Notes: generated from the sequence alone by a model not told the origin. A DNA stretch of 64,000 bases from Synechococcaceae cyanobacterium SM2_3_2 (GCA_012031565.1 JAAUUM010000001.1:6981-70980); one strand, 5' to 3'. Shown: positions 1 through 10,610, counted from the stretch's first letter. A program made the numbers and translations.

Positions 1-163
1 TTGGCTGATGGCAGTATATCGCAAGCGGATTCCAGTCTGAGTCTTCTTACTTAGTCTGTCTGGAATCCCTGAGCAAAGTCTAAAAACCTAAAGCAAACTG
101 ATCAGAATCACAGCAGGGATCCAGCAGGGTCGTTATGCTGAACGTGTCTATTCAATAGGGGTT

Positions 164-1870
164 GTGTTCATGGCTACTCTCACCTCCCGCTCGTCCGTGG
201 CAGTGTTGGCTACGCTGACCGGCACCGCATTCCTGGCTGGCTGTCAACGATTCGGGCAACAGGTCGGCGATCTCATCCCCGGCGGCGCGCCAGCTCCCGA
301 AGAACAAATTGCTGAACTAGCCCTGCTGCCAGCCGATGTGCCGATGTTCTTGAGCATCACCTCCAACCCCGAACAGTATGTGGAACGGGCTCCTGAGCTT
401 TTCCAAGCTGACTTGAGAGAAGCTTTGGATGAGACCTACGCCGAAATGATTGAGATGACCGGCATCAACTTTGAGGAAGATGTCGCCGCCTGGATGGGTG
501 AACAACTCACCTTTGCCATCTTTAGCCTCGATGTGGATCCCGACCCCGACTTGGAAACCCCAGGCTTCATTGTTGCCACCACCACCTCGGATCCCGCCTT
601 GTCTTCTGCCTTTGTTCAAGGGGCCTGGAGCGAAATGGAGGCTGATGGAGTTGTGTTTGAAAGCTCCACCACCGATGGCGTCACCCTAACTGTCCAGACC
701 GATGCCCCCACTGGCGAGGGTCTAATCACCGCTGAAATTGACGATCAGTTTGTGCTGTTTGCCAATGATATGGCTGCGGTAGAGCAGGCTCTAGCGGTCT
801 ATCAAGCAGGCAATGGCATCTCCACCCTCGACACCTTCCAGACCACCCTCGATCTGGCCAACCAAGGGGATCCCTTGCTGTGGGCCTATATCAACCCGTC
901 TTTTTATGCGGATGAAGAGTTCTTAGCCACCCTTGAAGAGTTGGAAGGGATGCCCAGCCCGGTGTTGCCCCCCGAGAGTCTGGCCACCCTAGAAGCGATG
1001 CGCTCTATCGTCGTGTCTATCGGCTGGGAAGATCAAGATGTGCGGATGCAGATGATGATCGATGTCGATCCTGAACAGTTGCCCCTTGATGATGTGCAAT
1101 TGGCAGCAGGGGAGCTGATCAAAGAACTGCCCTCCACCGCCCTCATGGTGATCACCTCCAGCGGCATTGGCTCCTCTTGGGAACAGTCTTTGGCCAGTGC
1201 CCAAGAGATGGATCCCGAATTTGAAGAGATCCTCAATGACATCCGGGCCGAGGTCTTGGCCGAAACAGGACTCGATCTCGACAAAGACATCCTGGGTTGG
1301 ATGGATGGCGAGATGGGTGTGGTGGTGCTGCCCGATGCTGAAGCCACCAATCCCTTTGCCTCCAACATGGGTGCTCTGATTGCCATTGAGACCAGCGATC
1401 GGCAAACCGCCGAAAATACCTTTGCGGTTTTGGATGAGTTGGCCACCGAGTATGGCATTCGGGTGAGCGAGAGTGGCGACCAGACAATCTGGGGGGATCC
1501 CTTCTTGGGTCAACCGATGGTGGTGCGGGCTTGGCAAGATGACACCGTACTCTTAACCAGCAGCCCCGCATTGCAGGCCGCATTTGGAGTGGATCCCAGC
1601 TTGGTGGAAGCAGGCCCATTACAGGCGGTCTACGAAGGTTTACCCGGCAACAATGCGGGCTACTTCATGATCAATCTAGCGGGCGTGATCGCTACCGCCG
1701 AGGAACTGGTGCCCCCGGCAATGTTGGCGACAGCCGATATCGATGAAGAGACTCTGGCCATGCTACGCAGCTTGGGTGGGTTGGGCATCTCTGCTTACGA
1801 GGCTGATGACACCCACATTGGTCTGGATATCCTGTTGACCACTCAGGCTCCTGCTGCCCCAGCAGAATAA
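164..1870 (+). CDS. Putative lipoprotein, DUF3352-like conserved cyanobacterial protein
   Basis: 568-codon ORF. The N-terminus MFMATLTSRSSVAVLATLTGTAFLAGC is a signal peptide ending in a lipobox (LAGC), followed by an acidic soluble body. The family name is recalled from similar cyanobacterial proteins, not searched. ATG at 170 is an alternative to the GTG start at 164. Confidence 0.55.
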   Translation: MFMATLTSRSSVAVLATLTGTAFLAGCQRFGQQVGDLIPGGAPAPEEQIAELALLPADVPMFLSITSNPEQYVERAPELFQADLREALDETYAEMIEMTGINFEEDVAAWMGEQLTFAIFSLDVDPDPDLETPGFIVATTTSDPALSSAFVQGAWSEMEADGVVFESSTTDGVTLTVQTDAPTGEGLITAEIDDQFVLFANDMAAVEQALAVYQAGNGISTLDTFQTTLDLANQGDPLLWAYINPSFYADEEFLATLEELEGMPSPVLPPESLATLEAMRSIVVSIGWEDQDVRMQMMIDVDPEQLPLDDVQLAAGELIKELPSTALMVITSSGIGSSWEQSLASAQEMDPEFEEILNDIRAEVLAETGLDLDKDILGWMDGEMGVVVLPDAEATNPFASNMGALIAIETSDRQTAENTFAVLDELATEYGIRVSESGDQTIWGDPFLGQPMVVRAWQDDTVLLTSSPALQAAFGVDPSLVEAGPLQAVYEGLPGNNAGYFMINLAGVIATAEELVPPAMLATADIDEETLAMLRSLGGLGISAYEADDTHIGLDILLTTQAPAAPAE

Positions 1871-1986
1871 CGGACTCAATCCCGACGGGATCCCGACTAA
1901 GCTCAGGGATCCTATTGGGGCGGGTACTGCCGCATCCAGTTGCCAAAATGCTAAGTTAGGACACCACTCAGGATCCCGAAGGTTTT

Positions 1987-2232
1987 ATGGCAGCACATCG
2001 AGGCAAATTCTTAGCGATTGACCATAATGAGCTGGCTCAGCGGGCCGAATCTTTGATCAGCGCCGCCAACAATCGCTATCGCATCACCGTTCAGGTGGCC
2101 AACCGGGCCAAGCGTCGCCGCTCTGAAGATATGGACGACATGGAAGAGGGCTGGATGAAACCCATTCGCCGTGCCGTCATTGAGATGTCGGATGAGCTGA
2201 CTGAACCCGAGATCATTGGGGATGATGAATAG
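1987..2232 (+). CDS. rpoZ: DNA-directed RNA polymerase subunit omega
   Basis: 81-aa ORF with the cyanobacterial RpoZ core [26 protein letters not shown] and [22 protein letters not shown]. Confidence 0.85.
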   Translation: MAAHRGKFLAIDHNELAQRAESLISAANNRYRITVQVANRAKRRRSEDMDDMEEGWMKPIRRAVIEMSDELTEPEIIGDDE

Positions 2233-2280
2233 GGTTGTGACAATCGTTTGGGGCTAAAAGTCTTAGAACCAAATATCAAT

Positions 2281-2302
2281 ATCAAATACTAATCAAATAC
2301 TA
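2281..2302. repeat. Perfect tandem duplication, 2 x 11 nt (atcaaatacta)
   Basis: Read directly in the rpoZ/chlP spacer. Confidence 0.9.
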
Positions 2303-2340
2303 AAAGCGGATCCCGTTCACTGAGAGAAGGATCCGCTTTT
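2302..2340. terminator. Bidirectional intrinsic terminator hairpin between convergent rpoZ and chlP
   Basis: Perfect 12-bp stem, aaaagcggatcc (2302-2313) pairing with ggatccgctttt (2329-2340), 15-nt loop. A/T runs on both sides give a U-tract on either strand. Confidence 0.6.
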
Positions 2341-2370
2341 GCGTGATTAGGCTTGAGTATTCACCTGAGA

Positions 2371-3630
2371 CTAGGGCGCTAAGGCATTGCCCCGCAGCAG
2401 GCTACCGACGGTTTTGGCGGTGATCTTGAGTTGTACCCAAGGATTCATCGGCACCACGGTCTTGTAGAGATAGCTGTCAAAGGTCATCTTTTGGACATCT
2501 TTGTCGGCGCACATCTCCACAAAGGCTTCCCGCGCTGCATTGGAGCTATAAAACACCCGCTGCAAAATATCCAGCACTGTGTAGGTGATGCCATATTTGC
2601 GATCCCACCGCTTTAGGTAGATCTTGAGATCTTTTTCGGTTGGGATCCGAGCGCCATTCTTGGAGGTTTCCACGATCACTTCGGCACACATTCGGCCCGA
2701 TTTGGCGGCAAAATAGATGCCCTCACCACTGGATTTGGTCACATAGCCAGCAGCATCCCCCACCAGAGCGGCTCGACCCACCACCCGGCGGGGACGGGGA
2801 TGTTCGGGAATCGGGTGAGCTTCCACCTTGATCAGCTCGCCACCCCGAATCCGTTCGGCAGCCCGCGTCCGGATCCCATCTTGCAACTTTTGGATATCGG
2901 CTTGATGCACCTTCATGGTGCCAGTGCCCACCGCCACATGGTCAGACTTGGGGAACACCCAGGCATAAAAGTCGGTGGAGACATCATCCCCCACATACAT
3001 CTCGGCCCGATCTTGGTAGTAGGCCATTTTGTCTTCAGGGATACGGATGCGCTCCTGAAAGGCCATGGCGTAGTTGTAGTCTCCGGCGTCGATGGCCTCA
3101 GCCACCTTAGAGTGAAAGCCATCCGCTCCCACAATCAGATCCACTTCTAGAGCCTTGAGCTGGGATCCCTTGCCATGAGTTGATTCATGACCAGATCCAT
3201 TGCCATTAGCCTGAGCCTTGGCGGACTCGTGATAGTGCAGGACATAGGGATCCCTATCATTGGCGGGCAGGTCGATTTTCATCACCTTGCCATTGATCAG
3301 GTTGGCCCCTAGCTTATGGGCCCGATCCCGCAAAAAGCCATCCAGGATCTCACGCCGACACATGCCGATGTATTCATCCTCGTTGTCTAGTTGAATATCC
3401 ACCTCATAGTTGGAGGGGGAGATCATTTTCATCTTGCGCACCTTGCGGTCGATGATCTGGGGCGGCAGGTCAAACTCCGACACCATGCACAACGGAATCG
3501 CGCCACCACAGGGTTTGGCGTTATCCAGCTTGCGTTCAAAAAGATAGGTCTCGATCCCAGCTTTGGCCAGCACTTCGGCGGCGCATGATCCGGCAGGCCC
3601 CCCGCCCACCACTGCAACTCTCAAGCTCAA
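2371..3630 (-). CDS. chlP: Geranylgeranyl diphosphate/chlorophyll reductase
   Basis: FAD-binding N-terminus VAVVGGGPAGSCAAEVLAKAGIETYLFERKLDNAKPCGGAIPLCMV and overall ChlP-like sequence. The maximal ORF runs to 3744, but its first 38 codons are low-complexity. A TTG at 3630 is preceded by GGAGAGGA and gives MSLRVAVVGGG. Confidence 0.85.
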   Translation of the reverse strand: MSLRVAVVGGGPAGSCAAEVLAKAGIETYLFERKLDNAKPCGGAIPLCMVSEFDLPPQIIDRKVRKMKMISPSNYEVDIQLDNEDEYIGMCRREILDGFLRDRAHKLGANLINGKVMKIDLPANDRDPYVLHYHESAKAQANGNGSGHESTHGKGSQLKALEVDLIVGADGFHSKVAEAIDAGDYNYAMAFQERIRIPEDKMAYYQDRAEMYVGDDVSTDFYAWVFPKSDHVAVGTGTMKVHQADIQKLQDGIRTRAAERIRGGELIKVEAHPIPEHPRPRRVVGRAALVGDAAGYVTKSSGEGIYFAAKSGRMCAEVIVETSKNGARIPTEKDLKIYLKRWDRKYGITYTVLDILQRVFYSSNAAREAFVEMCADKDVQKMTFDSYLYKTVVPMNPWVQLKITAKTVGSLLRGNALAP

Positions 3631-3779
3631 GGTATCCTCTCCTGATCCACTAAAGGGTGATGAAAATAAAGATGATGATGAAAAATACCAGTACAGGGTG
3701 ATGCCCAGACTTGGTTCTGGCCCTTGACCGCCGCATCGTATCACGGTTTTTTGTGTGGGCTGGCGGGCTGTAAAGAAGT

Positions 3780-5141
3780 GTGATCAGATGTGGGTTATCC
3801 TTTCGCTTCTTCAACGGGGCTAGAGTTGGGTGTTACTCTCTACTAGCTCCCCTTGGGATCCTGGGAATGGCTTGGTTGTGGAGTCAATTTCAAAGTCAGG
3901 CTCAAAGTCAGATGCAGCAGTGGTGGCACCGTCTGGATCCCCACTCCCCAACACCTGGGGATCCGGGAGTGGCTGGAGCCGAACAACCACATGCGTTTCC
4001 CCCTGAGCACTTGACCCAACTCCGTAGCCAGATCCAGGCTCTCAGAGTCCCTCCTGTCCAAACCGAAGCGATCACCACTGCACTGGCCCAGGCTCTCGAC
4101 CGCTGGCAGCAGGATCCCACCCGATGCAATGGCTTGGTGGTTTTGGGTAGCCCCGTGGATCCAATCGAAGCAATGGTGAAGCAAGCGTTAGCACAAACCC
4201 ACCTCCCCCATCCGGCTAAAATTCTGACCTGGACTCAACGACCGGAACTAATGCTGAATCTGCCCCAGCAACTGCAAGCGGGGTTCCCGTTACCGCTAGA
4301 TCTGGAGTGCCGCAGCCCTGAGGTGGTGGCGCTCCCTCGGCTAGAGCTGGCCTTTCTGCGGGGGATGTCTGGGCTGGATGGCATCGAATGGATCCGAGAT
4401 CAGGTGTTTGCCCAGCGGTCGCGCTTTTGGCTGGTGGGCTGCCCTAGCTGGGCTTGGGCTTACCTTGATATCACCCTGCAAATCGGATCATATTTTGATG
4501 TAGTGGTGAAGATTCCTGAGCTTGATCGAAAGCAGATGTCGTCATGGCTTCAGCCAGCTTGGTCGGGGGTCAGCCCCCAAAAGGCCACCTTGAGTCAATT
4601 TCAAGCTCTGACTCAGGAGCTATCTCAAAGCCAAGATCCGGCTCCTGATGAAATTGTTGATACCTACTTCAAAATCTTGGCGGATATTAGCAAGGGGCGC
4701 AGTGCCATCGCCGCTCAACTATGGCTGGGATCCCTCAGTCAGAGCGAATCTGAGTCTGAGTCATCTGACTCTGGGCCATCTGAGTCTGAGTCATCTGACT
4801 CTGGGCCATCTGATCCTGAGTCAGCCGGGGCAGACACCCATTCAGCCATCCTCACCGATGCACACATCCTCTGGAAAAGCCCCACCCTCCCCACCCTGCC
4901 AGATCTAGCCAACCATGATAAATATCTGCTGTATGCTGTTTTGCTGCACAGATCCATCAGCCTGCCTCATCTAGCTGTCTCGCTGGGAGCCTCCGTCAGT
5001 GCCACTCAATCCCAAGTCCAAAGCCTATTGCGGGCCGGTCTGCTAGAACTCCATCAAGGGATCCTGTCGGTATCACCGATCCATTACCTCAAGCTCCGAG
5101 CCTTATTGGCGGGCGATAACTTTTTGGTGGGAGACACATGA
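3780..5141 (+). CDS. Hypothetical protein with Ser/Glu/Asp-rich tandem-repeat linker
   Basis: 453-codon ORF with no family recognised. ATG at 3867 (MAWLWSQF) is an alternative start. The stop overlaps the next gene start (ATGA at 5138). Confidence 0.5.
   Translation: MIRCGLSFRFFNGARVGCYSLLAPLGILGMAWLWSQFQSQAQSQMQQWWHRLDPHSPTPGDPGVAGAEQPHAFPPEHLTQLRSQIQALRVPPVQTEAITTALAQALDRWQQDPTRCNGLVVLGSPVDPIEAMVKQALAQTHLPHPAKILTWTQRPELMLNLPQQLQAGFPLPLDLECRSPEVVALPRLELAFLRGMSGLDGIEWIRDQVFAQRSRFWLVGCPSWAWAYLDITLQIGSYFDVVVKIPELDRKQMSSWLQPAWSGVSPQKATLSQFQALTQELSQSQDPAPDEIVDTYFKILADISKGRSAIAAQLWLGSLSQSESESESSDSGPSESESSDSGPSDPESAGADTHSAILTDAHILWKSPTLPTLPDLANHDKYLLYAVLLHRSISLPHLAVSLGASVSATQSQVQSLLRAGLLELHQGILSVSPIHYLKLRALLAGDNFLVGDT
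4749..4823 (+). repeat. In-frame tandem repeat, about 2.5 x 30 nt (tctgagtctgagtcatctgactctgggcca)
   Basis: Units at 4749-4778 and 4779-4808 are identical, with a partial third unit to 4823. Encodes SESESSDSGP repeats. Confidence 0.9.
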
Positions 5142-6004
5142 AAGCCATCCATCCATTTCTGCGCCTGACCCCATTCCGCCTGACCCCATTCCCGCTGGCT
5201 CAACTCAACGGCAACAGACTGCCGGACGACCTGCTGGATGAGTTCAATATTCAGAAACTGCTGGTGGCGTTACTAGCAATTGGGGTGGCAGCAGGTCTGT
5301 TGGCTGGTCTGGAATGGCTGATCAATTGGTCGGCAGAACGTACCCCCCGCCGGTTTCGCTTGATCATTAAGCAATCGCTGCCTTTTTGGAAGGCCCTGAT
5401 CCTGTTTAGCACCGGCGGCTATGTGCTGAATCTATTTCTGATTTTTTCCCCCAATAATATCTTTGCCCTGACTGGAACCGTGGCGGTGGCCCTGGGTTTT
5501 GCCTTCAAAGATTATGTCAGCTCCGTCATCGCCGGGATCCTGGCTCTGTTTGAAACCCCCTACCGGGTGGGGGATCGGGTCAACATTGGCGGGCACTATG
5601 GCGAAGTTACCCACTATGGCCTGCGGGGGATCAAACTACGAACCCCCAATGACGATACCGTCACGGTGCCCCACAATCTGCTCTGGACAGAAGCGGTGGT
5701 CAATACCAACGATGGTGCTCTTGAGGCCCAAGTATCAGTAGATTTCTTTTTTGGCCATACCGTCAATGCGGAAGCGGTGCGCCGGATCCTGATGCACGCC
5801 GCCTACACAAGTCCCTACACCCAGCTCAATCTACCTATCGCTGTAGTCATCACCACTAAGCTTTGGGGATTCGCCTTCAAGCTGCGCTGCTACCCCATAG
5901 ATGCTCGCGATGAGTTTACCTACCGCACTGACTTGATACTGCGGGTCAAAGCGGCCTTAGACCAGGATCCCCAGCCCTATCCCCACCTCCTTTCTCAGCG
6001 ATAG
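5138..6004 (+). CDS. Mechanosensitive ion channel family protein (MscS-like)
   Basis: TM helices followed by the MscS beta-domain signature YRVGDRVNIGGHYGEVTHYGLRGIKLRTPNDDTVTVPHNLL. The N-terminus contains an in-frame 2 x 15-nt duplication (5162-5191, LTPFR LTPF). Confidence 0.8.
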   Translation: MKAIHPFLRLTPFRLTPFPLAQLNGNRLPDDLLDEFNIQKLLVALLAIGVAAGLLAGLEWLINWSAERTPRRFRLIIKQSLPFWKALILFSTGGYVLNLFLIFSPNNIFALTGTVAVALGFAFKDYVSSVIAGILALFETPYRVGDRVNIGGHYGEVTHYGLRGIKLRTPNDDTVTVPHNLLWTEAVVNTNDGALEAQVSVDFFFGHTVNAEAVRRILMHAAYTSPYTQLNLPIAVVITTKLWGFAFKLRCYPIDARDEFTYRTDLILRVKAALDQDPQPYPHLLSQR

Positions 6005-6009
6005 TCGGG

Positions 6010-6846
6010 CTAGGGTTGAGGGCGACTGTACCCCCATGCCCCCAGCACAGCCGCTGTCAGCCCCAAAAACAGGATCCCCATCACCCCCGCCAGGGGATTG
6101 CCATCAATGCCTGTGATCCAGGCAGGAACTTGGCCCGTATAGCGGATCCAATCGGCATGGTTAATCCAGGTAATGCCCGCGATCCAGCCTGCGTGTAATC
6201 CCAAGGCTAGGCCCAATCGCCCCTGCCCCACCTGCCGCCCATAGGCCAGGATCCAACCCATCACCACCAACCCTAAAAACTGCGGCCAAGTTTGGATAAT
6301 CACCTCTAGCGGCTTGAGAAAATGAGCCACCGCAAAGAGCACCGCCGTGCCCCAGCCAGCACTGGCCATGCCCCACTCGATCTGCCACTCCTGCAATAAC
6401 CAACCCCGAAACAAAAGCTCCTCCACCAAGGCCACTGCTGGCCCCAGCAGCAGACCATTTAGCAGCCCAACCCAGATAGCGAGGCTCGCCACCGATTGCC
6501 AGCTCAGCCACCCCAGGATCCCTTCTAGACCAAACAACAGGAATAGTCCCCCCAGCCCCAGGCCAAAAGCCAGCCCCAGCTCTTGCCAGAACAACCGGGA
6601 TCCCGTTAGACCGTAGTAGCCCCAGGGATCCCTCTGTTGCCGAGTCTCGGAGGCCCAGCCGCCCATGCCCCACATCAGCACACCATAGAGGGGCACCCAA
6701 GCCAAAGCAAAGGATCCCGTCACCACCCTGACCAGGATCCCCAAGGGCAGCGTCACCAGCAGCAGTAGACCAAGGAACCATACCAGTCGTAGGGGCAAGG
6801 GCAACGAGCGTGGCCAATGCCAAGGGATCCCAGTCGGAGGAGTCAA
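6010..6846 (-). CDS. CPBP family intramembrane glutamic endopeptidase (CAAX protease-like)
   Basis: Polytopic membrane protein with the EELLFRGWLL motif and a downstream FAVAHF motif. The TTG start overlaps the clpS stop (cgTTGAct). Confidence 0.75.
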   Translation of the reverse strand: MTPPTGIPWHWPRSLPLPLRLVWFLGLLLLVTLPLGILVRVVTGSFALAWVPLYGVLMWGMGGWASETRQQRDPWGYYGLTGSRLFWQELGLAFGLGLGGLFLLFGLEGILGWLSWQSVASLAIWVGLLNGLLLGPAVALVEELLFRGWLLQEWQIEWGMASAGWGTAVLFAVAHFLKPLEVIIQTWPQFLGLVVMGWILAYGRQVGQGRLGLALGLHAGWIAGITWINHADWIRYTGQVPAWITGIDGNPLAGVMGILFLGLTAAVLGAWGYSRPQP

Positions 6847-7124
6847 CGCTCGGGCTCAATCGTGCTGGACAATCCGTACAACTTCAGTTGTTCTGAATAA
6901 AACTCGGCGTGCTCTAGCGGCACCACAATCACCACCGCCATGCCATTGACATGAGCCTCCATCATGATGTCGGCGGCTTGGGGGGGCTGCATACCCGGAA
7001 TCGTCCGAATCAACACCTCCACCACATGCTCCATGGTGTTGAAGTCGTCGTTATGGAGCAATACCCGATACATGGGCATGTATTTGGGAGAAACGGAAGG
7101 TTTGGCCAGCGTTTCAATAGCCAC
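6843..7124 (-). CDS. clpS: ATP-dependent Clp protease adaptor ClpS
   Basis: 93 aa with MYRVLLHNDDFNTMEHVVEVLIRTIP and AADIMMEAHVNGMAVVIVVPLEHAEFY, typical of ClpS. Confidence 0.9.
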   Translation of the reverse strand: MAIETLAKPSVSPKYMPMYRVLLHNDDFNTMEHVVEVLIRTIPGMQPPQAADIMMEAHVNGMAVVIVVPLEHAEFYSEQLKLYGLSSTIEPER

Positions 7125-7363
7125 GGCGACACAGTCCTCAAAATCACAGTAGGGGGAAGGGAAGAAGTCAACAGGAGCTGATCAAATCTTTGAAGTAGCT
7201 TAGTCCTCTGTCCGCTTATTATGTGCAATCACTTCCCTTGACGGCAACTAGCACTTATCGCTAAGTGGCTTCATGCTAGTCGCAGACTGATGTCTCGGTG
7301 ACCGCTAGCACCCAAAGATTGATCAGACTGTCCAGAAAGCCTATGCTTCCATATCCCATGTTT

Positions 7364-8301
7364 CTAGACCAAAGGGGTGAGGCTCTCGGAGGTGACTGGA
7401 TTTGAGCTATCAAAAGCATCCGCCTGGTTGACTACCCGCCGCAGCACCCCATTAATAAAAGTCGGGGATTGATCGGATCCATATTGCTTGGCTAATTCCA
7501 CCGCTTCATTGATGGCCACCTTGTCGGGCACTGACCGCAAAAAGGTGAGTTCCGCCACCGCAATCCGCAGAATATCCCGGTCGATGCGAGCCAGACGATT
7601 GAGTTGCCAGCCCACCAAGGTTTTCTCCAGTAGCTCATCGATCTGAGTTTTGTGCAGTTGCACAGTGGTCAATAGCTCCAGCGCATAGGCCCGAACGGGA
7701 TCCGTCTGGGCTGTTCGCAAAAACTCTGGCAAGCTGAGGCACTGCCCACCCGATTGATGGCACTCTCAGATAGGCTGACAGAATCAGTCAGGGTCTGCCG
7801 AGCCGTTTGCAACCTGTGCTCTAGCTGCTCAAACTGATCTTTGGCTTGGGATAACAGCGTCTTGACCTGACCGCTAAATCCCAACAGTTCCTGCTGCATG
7901 AGACGGGCATCGGTGGCGGTGCCGATGGCTCGGGTGATACGTTTCAACTGCTGCTGGAGTTGGCTGACTTTCTGAAGGGCAACCTGGGTTTCTGTGGAAC
8001 GATCTTCCCCGTCATCCTTGTGTTCTGGATTGCCGGAGAGATCTAAACCTTGGTTGGCTAGGTTGTGTGGCACTGGGCTTTGCGGCAGATTCATCAGGCT
8101 ACCTTGCAGAAGCCGATGGCTGCGTCTCACCTCATCTCCGGCTGTGGTCAATGTATCTTGAGCCTCTTCTGTCAGGGCGCGCACTGCCGCCAACACAATG
8201 TCCTCCAGTGACTTTTCTTGAAGTTTGCTGGGGGTGGCCGGAAGTTGATTGAGACCCAATAGGGCTAATTCGCGGGCAACGCGCCGGGGCTGCATGGTCA
8301 A
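7364..8301 (-). pseudogene. nusB: Transcription antitermination factor NusB, split by a frameshift into two overlapping ORFs
   Basis: ORF 7669-8301 carries the NusB N-terminal helix (RRVARELALLGLNQL) plus a long coiled insertion ending [15 protein letters not shown] 7364-7732, in another frame, carries the rest ([21 protein letters not shown] ... [14 protein letters not shown] ... [15 protein letters not shown] ... FINGVLRRV). The junction lies near 7727-7745. Confidence 0.7.
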
Positions 8302-8443
8302 TCCATCGGGTGAAGGGCTTAGACATCCTAACAGCCGGATCCCATCTTCTCTGGTTGGCTGTCTCTCGTTTGTTGTCTCTCAGATGACTGTTTTTTAGAT
8401 GACTATTTTTCACTAGCTGCACTGCACCCCATTCACCCCCCGC

Positions 8444-9121
8444 TCAATTCAAGTCATTAAGCCGCCCGATGTTGGTATTGGCCCCCAGCACCACCAGTAG
8501 ATCCTCTGCCGCCAACGTGTAGTCAGCCGGAGGAGAGACCACCAGCGATTGTTTATGCTTGACCACCAAGACTGTGATGCCAAAGCGTCGCCGCAGATCA
8601 GACTCAGAGAGGGTATGTCCCACCAGAGTGCTGGGCACTTTCAATTCTGTGATGCTATAGCCCGGTTCTAGCTCCAATTGATCCAAAACCCCCGGAGCTG
8701 TCAGCACTTGCGCCAACCGTCGGCCCGCGTCCTGCTCGGGCAACACCACCCGGTCGGCCCCCACCTTGAGCAAAATATCCCGTTGCCGCTCAGTGGAGGC
8801 TTTGCAGACCACATTCCTTGCCCCCAGACTTTTGAGAGCCACCGTTGTCATCAGATTACTCTCAAATTCGCTGCCAATAGCGACCACTACGGTATCAAAA
8901 GAGAGGATGTCCACCGCCCTCAGGGCATCTTCATCGCTGGAGTCCATTGCCACCACTTGAGTGATGTCGTCCGCAAACCGCTGGATCAGCTCCCGACTGC
9001 GGTCAATGCCCAACACATTGAAACCCCGCTCCACGAGAGTGAGGGCCAGACTGGATCCAAAACGTCCCAACCCGATGACCGCAAATTCCTGCCCTTTATG
9101 CCCTTTGCGTTGCCGTTCCAT
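8444..9121 (-). CDS. TrkA/KtrA-type potassium uptake regulatory protein (RCK N and C domains)
   Basis: Rossmann N-terminus FAVIGLGRFGSSLALTLVERGFNVLGIDRS, a C-terminal TrkA-C-like half, 225 aa. Confidence 0.8.
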   Translation of the reverse strand: MERQRKGHKGQEFAVIGLGRFGSSLALTLVERGFNVLGIDRSRELIQRFADDITQVVAMDSSDEDALRAVDILSFDTVVVAIGSEFESNLMTTVALKSLGARNVVCKASTERQRDILLKVGADRVVLPEQDAGRRLAQVLTAPGVLDQLELEPGYSITELKVPSTLVGHTLSESDLRRRFGITVLVVKHKQSLVVSPPADYTLAAEDLLVVLGANTNIGRLNDLN

Positions 9122-9272
9122 CCCTCAATCCACTTGATGCCCTACCCATTATGAACATCATCTGCCTTCAGCGGATAGAAGACTTTAGTACCCGGATCCC
9201 AGAGCCAATCAGGCCATGCCCTTGAGAATAACCAAGGGATGAGGATAACGAAGGGATCCCGAACAGTTTCAG

Positions 9273-10610
9273 CTAGGCAGATTCTGGCTTGGGTAAAGAA
9301 TGGGGATGAACGATCAGCTCATGGGTCGAGCGACGCTCCACCATCTCGGGGGTAATGGTGCAATGTTTGATGTCCTTGCGGGAGGGCACCTCATACATCA
9401 CATCCAGCATCAACTCCTCCACAATGGCCCGCAAAGCCCGCGCTCCAGTTTTGCGCTTTTGTGCCTCACGGGCGATGGCCTTGACCGCTGCTGGTTCAAA
9501 CTCCAGCTCCACACCGTCCATTTGCAGATATTTCTGGTACTGCTTGATGATGGCGTTTTTGGGCTGGGTCAAAATCAGCTCCAAGGTCTGCTCATCGAGC
9601 GGCTCCAACACCGCTGTCACCGGGATCCGACCCGTAAACTCGGGGATCATGCCGTATTTGACCAGATCTCCTGGCTCTAAACCCTTGAGGGCATCGGCAG
9701 CGCGTTGCTCACGGGGCAGAGTAGATTCCCCTGGCTTGATGAAGCCCATCGACTTTTTGCCAGTCCGTTGCTCCACCACTTTTTCGAGGCCCACAAAAGC
9801 CCCGCCACAGATAAACAGAATGTTGGAGGTATCGATCTGAATGCAATCTTGATAGGGGTGCTTGCGTCCTCCTTGCGGTGGCACATTGGCGATCGTGCCC
9901 TCCAGCATTTTCAGCAGGGCCTGCTGAACGCCTTCCCCCGAAACATCGCGGGTGATGGACGGGTTCTCGCTTTTGCGGGCCACCTTATCAATTTCGTCGA
10001 TATAGATGATGCCCCGCTGAGCCTCCTCCACATCCAGATCTGCCACCTGCAACAACCGCAAGAGAATGTTTTCCACATCCTCGCCCACATAGCCCGCCTC
10101 GGTCAGGGTGGTGGCATCCGCTACCGCAAAGGGCACCTTCAGCATTCGGGCCAACGTTTCTGCCAACAGAGTCTTGCCAGATCCTGTCGGGCCGATTAGC
10201 AGGATGTTGGATTTCTGGATCTCAGTCTCATCATCAGCTGATTTGTTGGCGATGGAGTTGAGACGCTTGTAATGGTTATAGACCGCCACCGATAGGACTT
10301 TCTTAGCCTGTTCTTGACCAATCACATATTGATCCAGGTATCCCAAGATTTCACGGGGCTTGGGCAGGTCACCCAGAGCCGGTAGCGCCCGCCCTGCTGA
10401 CTTCTTGGCTGCTGTTTCTTTCCGAGGAGGTGTGGCTGGAGTTGCTGCCGGACGGCCCCCGCCATCATAGAGTTCTTCGTCTAGAATTTCGTTGCACAGA
10501 TCCACACACTCATCGCAGATATAAACCCCTGGCCCAGCAATCAGTTTGCGGACTTGCTCTTGGGACTTGCCGCAAAATGAGCATTTGAGATGTGAATCGT
10601 ATTTGGCCAT
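9273..10610 (-). CDS. clpX: ATP-dependent Clp protease ATP-binding subunit ClpX
   Basis: Zinc-ribbon [27 protein letters not shown], Walker [12 protein letters not shown], and ClpX-typical IYIDEIDK and GG.FV.G regions. Confidence 0.95.
   Translation of the reverse strand: MAKYDSHLKCSFCGKSQEQVRKLIAGPGVYICDECVDLCNEILDEELYDGGGRPAATPATPPRKETAAKKSAGRALPALGDLPKPREILGYLDQYVIGQEQAKKVLSVAVYNHYKRLNSIANKSADDETEIQKSNILLIGPTGSGKTLLAETLARMLKVPFAVADATTLTEAGYVGEDVENILLRLLQVADLDVEEAQRGIIYIDEIDKVARKSENPSITRDVSGEGVQQALLKMLEGTIANVPPQGGRKHPYQDCIQIDTSNILFICGGAFVGLEKVVEQRTGKKSMGFIKPGESTLPREQRAADALKGLEPGDLVKYGMIPEFTGRIPVTAVLEPLDEQTLELILTQPKNAIIKQYQKYLQMDGVELEFEPAAVKAIAREAQKRKTGARALRAIVEELMLDVMYEVPSRKDIKHCTITPEMVERRSTHELIVHPHSLPKPESA

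Noticed and set aside
6161-6859. 232-aa alternative-frame ORF overlapping the CPBP protease gene on the same strand.
   Set aside because: The 6010-6846 frame carries the EELLFRG and AVAHF motifs and a sensible TM topology. The alternative frame is Gly/Ala/Trp-rich noise.
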